This document shows positions 35,213 through 40,455 of a stretch of DNA of 40,455 bases, one piece after another. The notes under the pieces were generated by a model. It had not been told where the DNA came from, searched no databases, and saw only the letters and a program-made list of their open reading frames with translations. The stretch is from Rubrobacteraceae bacterium (lineage in GTDB: Bacteria > Actinomycetota > Rubrobacteria > Rubrobacterales > Rubrobacteraceae). The position numbers were made by a program, and so were the translations under genes. Where the stretch lies: positions 1 through 40,455 of the forward strand of contig JBPCLT010000025.1 of NCBI GenBank assembly GCA_051003015.1. Reading direction: 5' to 3'. Numbering within the stretch: the stretch's first letter is position 1; each line of letters opens with the position of its first letter.

Positions 35213-35575
35213 TTACATGAAACCGCGTTCGCCCGCCCGCCGCAACGCCGCAGCCTTCACTTCCGGGTCGTCTAGCGCGCCGTCCACCAGCCCACTCAGT
35301 CCCCTGATGACCCTTCGTCCCCCGATGGCGACGAGTTCGACCTCGCGCACGTCACCCGGCTCGAATCGCGCGCTGGTACCGGCGGGGATGTCGAGACGCA
35401 TACCGTAGGCAGCCTCGCGGTCGAACTCCAGCGCTTTGTTCGTCTCGAAGAAGTGGAAGTGGCTCCCGACCTGGATCGGCCGGTCGCCCGTGTTGGCGAC
35501 GCTGAGGGTCGCGGTCTCGCTGCCCGCATTCAGGTCCACATCGCCATCGGCGGGGAGGAGTTCGCCGGGGATCAC
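35213..35575 (-). CDS. ureB: Urease beta subunit UreB
   Basis: MIPGELL...[61 protein letters not shown] is near-consensus UreB. Confidence 0.95.
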   Translation of the reverse strand: MIPGELLPADGDVDLNAGSETATLSVANTGDRPIQVGSHFHFFETNKALEFDREAAYGMRLDIPAGTSARFEPGDVREVELVAIGGRRVIRGLSGLVDGALDDPEVKAAALRRAGERGFM

Positions 35576-35582
35576 TGGCTCG

Positions 35583-36023
35583 CTACCACTCGTAGGGGAG
35601 GAACTTGCCCTCGTAGGTGATCCTCACCCGGTCGCCCTTCGGGTCCTCGACGCGCTCGATATCCATGTTGAAGTTGATGGCGCTCATGATGCCGTCGCCG
35701 AACTCCTCGTGGATGAGCGCCTTCATCGTCGTGCCGTAGACCTGCGTGACCTCGTGTATCCGGTAGATGGTGGGGTCAACGGGCACATCCCTGCCGATGG
35801 AACCGCGCATCGGGTATTCCCGCAACGCAGCCGCGACCTCCGGGCCGAGCCCGAGAATGCTGACGGCGGCGTCGGCCTCGTCCTCGCTCATCGGCTGCTG
35901 CCCCAGAAGCGCGGAGGTGGTCCAGACCTTGTGCCGTCCGACCTTGTTGGCGATGACCTCGAAGGTTAGGCCCTTCTCCTTCTTTGCCTCCAGGACCTTC
36001 TGCGTCGCTTCTTCGCGGGTCAT
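35583..36023 (-). CDS. cynS: Cyanase (cyanate hydratase) CynS, embedded between ureA and ureB
   Basis: It aligns along its length with the E. coli CynS pattern as I recall it: [16 protein letters not shown]...ALLGQQP...PMRG...[65 protein letters not shown]. Confidence 0.9.
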   Translation of the reverse strand: MTREEATQKVLEAKKEKGLTFEVIANKVGRHKVWTTSALLGQQPMSEDEADAAVSILGLGPEVAAALREYPMRGSIGRDVPVDPTIYRIHEVTQVYGTTMKALIHEEFGDGIMSAINFNMDIERVEDPKGDRVRITYEGKFLPYEW

Positions 36024-36033
36024 GGGTCTCCTC

Positions 36034-36336
36034 TCAGACTATGGGATCGTGGACGGTTACGAGCTTGGTCCCGTCGGGGAAGGTGGCCTCCACGGCGACC
36101 TCGTCCACCATCTCGGGGACGCCCTCCATCACGTCGTCCCGGGAGAGTATGGTCGCCCCGAAGCTCATCAGGTCGGCGACGCTCCGGCCGTCGCGGGCGC
36201 CCTCCAGAAGCTCGGCGGAGATGATGGCTACCGCCTCCGGGTAGTTGAGTTTCAGGCCGCGTTCGCGGCGGCGGCGGGCTACTTCGGCGGCGGTGAAGAT
36301 CATTAGTTTCTCCCGCTCCGCCGGTGAAAGCCGCAT
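36034..36336 (-). CDS. ureA: Urease gamma subunit UreA
   Basis: [60 protein letters not shown]...[18 protein letters not shown] is canonical UreA, 100 aa. Confidence 0.95.
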   Translation of the reverse strand: MRLSPAEREKLMIFTAAEVARRRRERGLKLNYPEAVAIISAELLEGARDGRSVADLMSFGATILSRDDVMEGVPEMVDEVAVEATFPDGTKLVTVHDPIV

Positions 36337-36379
36337 CTCTCCTCCTCGCCGCTCGGGTCAACCCCGAAAGGATAACCGA

Positions 36380-37607
36380 TCACGTCCGCGCCTGGACGGT
36401 CCTGGGTTTCGGGGCCGTGGCGGGGGTTTTCTGTTCGCGGGCGAGGGACATCGAGACCATGCCCAGAAGCAGCAGGGCTCCGGCGAGGTAGAAACCGGCC
36501 GAGAGGCTGCCGGTGCGGTCGGCGAGCCATCCGGTGACGTATGGGGCGATTATCGAGGAGACCATCCCGGCGAAGTTGAAGATGCCGAATGCCGTGGCGT
36601 AGGAACGGCGCGGGACGTGATCGGCGATCCAGGCTACGAGCACGGGGTCGAGGGCGAGCTTTCCGACGAGGCCATAAGCGATGAGGGTCGCCACCAGGAG
36701 CGGGAAGCTCTGCTGATTGAAGACGATGAGTGCTATGCAGACCGCCGCGAGCGGATAGCAGCACGAGGGCGAGCGGCTTGCGGCGCGAGAGCCGGTCGGA
36801 GAAGCTGCTGAAGAAGAGCGCGCCGGGGATGGCGGCGAAGGGGACGAGCGAGGCGATGAACCCGACCCTCGAACCTTCGAGGCCCCACACTTCCTGGAGA
36901 AAGTATGGCAGCCAGGTGAGGATCACGAAGAACCCGTACAGCGAGCAGAAGATGGTGGCGTAGATCATGAGCAGCGTCCGATCCGTCAGAAGCTCCTTGA
37001 TGCTCGCGCCGCCTTCGGAGGACTCTTCACGCTCTTCCGCCATGCCCGTCCGGTCCCTGACGAGCAGCCAGATGGCGATAGCCACAAGCGCCGTTGGTAT
37101 CGAGAAGATCAGGAACGAAGCCCGCCAGCCGAGGTCGAGGTCCGTGGCGACGAAGGAAGAACCGATGAAGCCGAGGGAGATCCCGAACGCCATGCCGCTG
37201 TTGATGACCGCCGACCCCAGGCTCCTGCGCCGCTCCGGTATCGCCTCGGAGGAGAGGGCGCACTGGGTGGAGTAGTACGTCCCCTCCCCCATGCCCGTCA
37301 GCGCCCGGGCGCCGAGCAACCATCCGAACTTGCCCACCAGGCCCGTCAGGGCCGTTCCGATGGCGAAGAGCAGGAATCCGGGCACGAGCACGACCTTCTT
37401 GCCGATCCTGTCGGCGAGGGCGCCGGAGGGGATCTGCATGAGCGCGTAGGTTAGAAAGAAGACCGAGTTTATGAGGCCGAGTTGGGCGCCGCTCAACCCG
37501 AACTCGCTCTCTATGTCGCCAAGCACGGGCGAGAGGATCGTCCGATCCGCATACATAAAGATCCAACCCAAGAAGAACAATCCAACCGCCAGATGCCAGT
37601 ACCTCAT
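36380..37607 (-). pseudogene. MFS transporter (anion:cation symporter-like), interrupted by a 1-nt frameshift; first gene of the urease gene chain
   Basis: The N-terminal ~285 aa (MYADRTILSPVLGDIESEFGLSGAQLGLINSVFFLTYALMQIPSGALADRIGKK...) lie in the frame of ORF 36303..37607. The last ~110 aa (YPLAAVCIALIVFNQQSFPLLVATLIAYGLVGKLALDPVLVAWIADHVPRRSYATAFGIFNFAGM...) lie in the frame of ORF 36380..36694. The switch is near 36745-36770. Confidence 0.8.
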
Positions 37608-37784
37608 GCCCCTCCTTCAATGCCCGCGTTCGCGGCAAAATTCCGTTTACACCGAACACTCTATGGGACATGAATCCCGGCATCTTCGGCCATTCGGCCA
37701 GAATCGAGCGCGCGCGAACGCGGAGAAGTTATCCACGGGGTCGAACGGGAACGTGATGGAAACGCGGCCTAGCCAGGCTGGTTG

Positions 37785-38252
37785 CTACTGGCTCGCCATG
37801 CCATCGTATCGCTTCTGGAGTTCCTCGCGGGAGATGTCCTCGATGTGCGTTGCGATGTACCAGACGTGACCGAAGGGGTCCGTCACCCCGCCGCGCCGGT
37901 CGCCGTCTTCGCTGTCCTCGACCGGCATCAGTTCGGTTGCTCCCGCCGCGATGGCCCGGCTGAACACCGCGTCCACATCCTCGACGTAGAGGAACATATA
38001 CACCGGCGAGCCGCCGAGTGATCGCGGACCTGCCATACCGAACTCAGGCGCCTCATCGGTGAGCATAACCGGCGAGTTGCCGATCACGACTTCGGCGTGC
38101 CGGATACTTCCGTCAGCGTCAGCCCAGCGGAAGATCTCCGTCGCCCCGAACGCCTCCTTGTAGAACTCGATAGCCTTCGCCGCGCCCTTGATCGTCATGT
38201 ACGGCGTCACGGTGTGAAAACCCTCCGGGATGGGATTGACTTCGTTGCCCAT
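37785..38252 (-). CDS. VOC-family protein (PhnB/YjdN-like glyoxalase fold)
   Basis: PIPEGFHTVTPYMTIKGAAKAIEFYKEAFGATEI...RHAEVVIGNSPVMLTDE...GGVTDPFGHVWYIATH is the PhnB-like pattern. Start moved to the ATG at 38252. Confidence 0.85.
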   Translation of the reverse strand: MGNEVNPIPEGFHTVTPYMTIKGAAKAIEFYKEAFGATEIFRWADADGSIRHAEVVIGNSPVMLTDEAPEFGMAGPRSLGGSPVYMFLYVEDVDAVFSRAIAAGATELMPVEDSEDGDRRGGVTDPFGHVWYIATHIEDISREELQKRYDGMASQ

Positions 38253-38355
38253 ACGTCCCCTTTCCAGGTCTATCGAGAGCAACGTGAGTGTACGCTGAGA
38301 CCACCCTGTTCCCATCCCCGGATTGTTGATGGAAAGCCTTATTCGGGCAGCAGGC

Positions 38356-39600
38356 TCACGGTCCTCGTCGCCAGGATTCCCTATCCACCACGAAACGGAG
38401 CACTCCGGCCAGCTCCGAGGGATCGGACCATCGGACGACGACCTCCGGGGTTCCGTGCCAGCCGGCGCAACCTCGCAGCGCCCCAGCGAGCCCGGCTACG
38501 AGGCCGTCACTCACCGGTACATCCGGCTCCAGGTGTATTGCCTTCACCTCGAAGGTTCCCTGCTTGCGGTGCGCCTTCGCGTCGAGCCTGCCAACGAGCG
38601 CACCCTGGTGAAGTATCGGGAGCGAGTAGTATCCGTAGCGGCGGCGGGCGGCGGGCGTGTACACCTCGATCCGGTACTCGAACCCGAAAAGCTCCAGGGC
38701 CCGCGCCCGATCCCAGACCACGGGATCAAACGGCGAGAGCAGGATGGTGCGGGAAGGACGCAGGCCGCCCGAGATCACTCTCCCGGCCAGACCCGCGTTG
38801 TCAGGGTGCACGTAGGCCGGCTCGTCGAGGCCCTCGATCCGAGCGCGGAGAATCTCGCCCTCCTCGGCCAATTCATCGAGGAGCGCGGCGACGCCCTTTT
38901 TGGGCGTGCGGAAATAGTCAGGCACCCATCGGGCCACGGCCATGCCGAGCGCCCGAACGGCTCTAGTGGCGAGTGCCCGTCGAATCTCTTCCTCCGTCGG
39001 GGCGAAGGCGTCCTCCCAGCCGGGGAAGGCGTGTTCCAGCACGCGCTCGCGCAGGTCGTAGACGCGGTGGAAGTTGGGATCGCGGCGTGTGATCATGAGC
39101 TCCCCGGCTGCAAACAGATGCTCCAGTGCCCGCTTCTCCGGCTTCCATTCCCACCATCCGCCAGCCTTGCCGTCCGTGCGCTCGAACTCGACGGAGCGCA
39201 CCGGTCCTCTCTCTCGCACCCGCTCCATCACGCGCCGGATCTCCTCCGGATGCTCGGAGATCCAGGCCCGCGTCTTCTCGTGTCCGTCCAGCATGAACCG
39301 GCGGTAGATCCCATAGTCCTCGATGGGCAGAAAACAGGCCGCGTGCGCCCAGTGCTCAAAGAGCGCGCCTTCGGCCAGAAGCTCATCCAGCCAGCGCGGC
39401 TCGTAGGAGCCGAGCCTGCTCCACAGCACCAGGTAAGGGCTGCGCGCGACGACGGAGATGGAGTCTATCTGCAACACGCCCATCCGCCGGATGGTATCCA
39501 GCACGTCGTCCTTCGTGGCTTGCTCCGGTGGAGAGACCAGACCCTGCGCCGCGAGCAACATGGTGCGTGCAGCCTCCCGCGAAAATTCCATGCTCCCCAC
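38356..39600 (-). CDS. Winged-helix DNA glycosylase of the YcaQ/AlkZ family (DUF1006; interstrand-crosslink repair type)
   Basis: AARTMLLAAQGL...VLDTIRRMGVLQIDSISVVARSPYLVLWSRLG...LFEHWAHAACFLP contains the Q-phi-D motif (LQID) of the YcaQ branch. The C-terminal YRIEVYTPAARRRYGYYSLPIL is also typical. Confidence 0.8.
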   Translation of the reverse strand: MGSMEFSREAARTMLLAAQGLVSPPEQATKDDVLDTIRRMGVLQIDSISVVARSPYLVLWSRLGSYEPRWLDELLAEGALFEHWAHAACFLPIEDYGIYRRFMLDGHEKTRAWISEHPEEIRRVMERVRERGPVRSVEFERTDGKAGGWWEWKPEKRALEHLFAAGELMITRRDPNFHRVYDLRERVLEHAFPGWEDAFAPTEEEIRRALATRAVRALGMAVARWVPDYFRTPKKGVAALLDELAEEGEILRARIEGLDEPAYVHPDNAGLAGRVISGGLRPSRTILLSPFDPVVWDRARALELFGFEYRIEVYTPAARRRYGYYSLPILHQGALVGRLDAKAHRKQGTFEVKAIHLEPDVPVSDGLVAGLAGALRGCAGWHGTPEVVVRWSDPSELAGVLRFVVDRESWRRGP

Positions 39601-39672
39601 CTCCCACCGACCGTGGATGACAGATTTGGTTATACGCGGGTCACCACGAACGGACGAGTACCAATTCCAGTC

Positions 39673-39713
39673 GGCATCAGACTTCAGAAATTCCGGCTGA
39701 CGGCTCTGATGCC
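39673..39713 (-). other. Stem-loop immediately downstream of gltD (9-bp perfect stem)
   Basis: GGCATCAGA (39673-39681) pairs with TCTGATGCC (39705-39713) around a 23-nt loop that holds an inner TCAG/CTGA stem. No U-tract follows on the minus strand, so it is not a canonical intrinsic terminator. Confidence 0.5.
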
Positions 39714-39719
39714 TGAAAC

Positions 39720-40454
39720 CTATCCAGGCAACAGGCTGCGGCCCATCAGGAACTCATCCGTCTGGCGAGCGGCCTTCCGGCCTTCGGCGATGGCCGTGAC
39801 GATCAAGTCCGCGCCGAGACGGGCATCACCGGCGACGAAGACTCCGGCTTCTTTCGTGCCGAAGCCGTTCTCGGAGTGGATGGCGCCGCGATCCGTATAT
39901 CCGAGGTCCATCTCTTCGAGGAAGCGGTCGCGCACGGGGCCGGTAAAGCCGATGGCGAACAGCACGAGGTCTGCCTCTATCTCGAACTCCGTGCCCTCCT
40001 TCAGGACGGTCTTGCCTTCCGGCGTGCGCTCGGTCTCGACAGCGTGCATCCTCTCGACGCGGCCGTTGCCGGAGAAGCCCGTAACGGCGACGGAGAAGCC
40101 GCGCTCGCCGCCCTCGTCGTGGACCGGGTAAGTGTGCAGGATGAACGGCCAGTCGGGCCAGACGTCACGGCTCGGAGTCTCGGGAGGACGGGGGCCGTGC
40201 GTCAACACCTTGACCGAGGCGCAGCCCTCGCGGTGGGAGTTGCCCAGGCAGTCGGCGCTCGTGTCGCCGCCACCCAGGATGACGACGTTCTTGCCCTTCG
40301 CGGAGATCTCGACGTCCGCGTTCACCGGCAGCCCGGCCACCCGCCGGTTCTGCTGCACCAGGTATTCCATCGCCAGATGGATGCCGTCGAGATCCCGGCC
40401 CGGTACGTCCAGGTTGCGGCCCTGTAAAGCCCCGACGGCCAGCACGATGGCGTC
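39720..40454 (-). CDS. gltD: Glutamate synthase small (beta) subunit, C-terminal part (N-terminus beyond the window)
   Basis: DLDGIHLAMEYLVQQNRRVAG..., the second dinucleotide motif KNVVILGGGDTSADCLG, and LVLFAIGFTGP...GVFVAGDARLGADLIVTAIAEGRKAARQTDEFL match GltD. The frame stays open to the window end. Confidence 0.9.
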   Translation of the reverse strand, partial: DAIVLAVGALQGRNLDVPGRDLDGIHLAMEYLVQQNRRVAGLPVNADVEISAKGKNVVILGGGDTSADCLGNSHREGCASVKVLTHGPRPPETPSRDVWPDWPFILHTYPVHDEGGERGFSVAVTGFSGNGRVERMHAVETERTPEGKTVLKEGTEFEIEADLVLFAIGFTGPVRDRFLEEMDLGYTDRGAIHSENGFGTKEAGVFVAGDARLGADLIVTAIAEGRKAARQTDEFLMGRSLLPG

Positions 40455-40455
40455 G

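Noticed and set aside
37608-37784. Looked for a riboswitch (guanidine/ykkC-type, NiCo) or other structured leader upstream of the MFS-urease chain.
   Set aside because: None of the conserved cores I remember for these classes could be found by eye. A covariance-model scan would be needed.
1-40455. CRISPR arrays, rRNA genes and prophage structural genes.
   Set aside because: There are no regularly spaced short repeats, no rRNA-like sequence and no capsid, tail or terminase-like ORFs anywhere in the window.

Overview
High-GC bacterial chromosomal window (actinobacterial-like codon usage and GGAGG-type RBSs; the taxon cannot be assigned without a search). It has five parts. (1) 1-4.3 kb: an amine/aldehyde catabolic pair (class-III aminotransferase, aldehyde dehydrogenase) and membrane proteins. 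(2) 4.3-6.8 kb: a decayed mobile-DNA patch holding a multiply frameshifted serine recombinase, an intact IS5-family transposase, a VOC protein and two truncated copies of the 3' half of tRNA-Gln. (3) 6.8-20.9 kb: a ~14 kb segment bounded by the truncated tRNA-Gln copy at 6703-6749 and an intact tRNA-Gln(CUG) at 20894-20967. It reads as a tRNA-targeted genomic island with no recognisable integrase. Its cargo is a DUF433/DUF5615 toxin-antitoxin-like pair and a long minus-strand sugar operon: GMC flavoprotein plus 'gluconate 2-dehydrogenase subunit 3'-like partner, three xylose-isomerase-like TIM-barrel enzymes, a Gfo/Idh/MocA oxidoreductase, a ribose-type ABC importer and a ROK regulator. (4) 21-26 kb: lemA-htpX, an RNase-H-like(DUF429-like)/methyltransferase fusion, and two further methyltransferases. 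(5) 26-37.6 kb: a mosaic urease locus, MFS-ureA-cynS-ureB-cupin-ureC-ureF-CMD-ureG, with ureD displaced 4 kb away by an opposite-strand PadR/flavin-monooxygenase module. The window ends with a VOC protein, a YcaQ/AlkZ-like glycosylase and the 3' part of gltD. Notable anomalies: an in-frame TGA exactly where the second Cys of the CxxC motif of the CMD/AhpD-like gene is expected, with a hairpin 11 nt downstream (selenocysteine candidate or nonsense mutation); single-nucleotide frameshifts in three otherwise well-conserved genes plus a multiply frameshifted recombinase (assembly error or gene decay); an internally deleted solute-binding protein; and several short repeat families. No CRISPR array or rRNA was seen. 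All functional calls rest on my recognition of conserved motifs in the translated ORFs; no database search was run.
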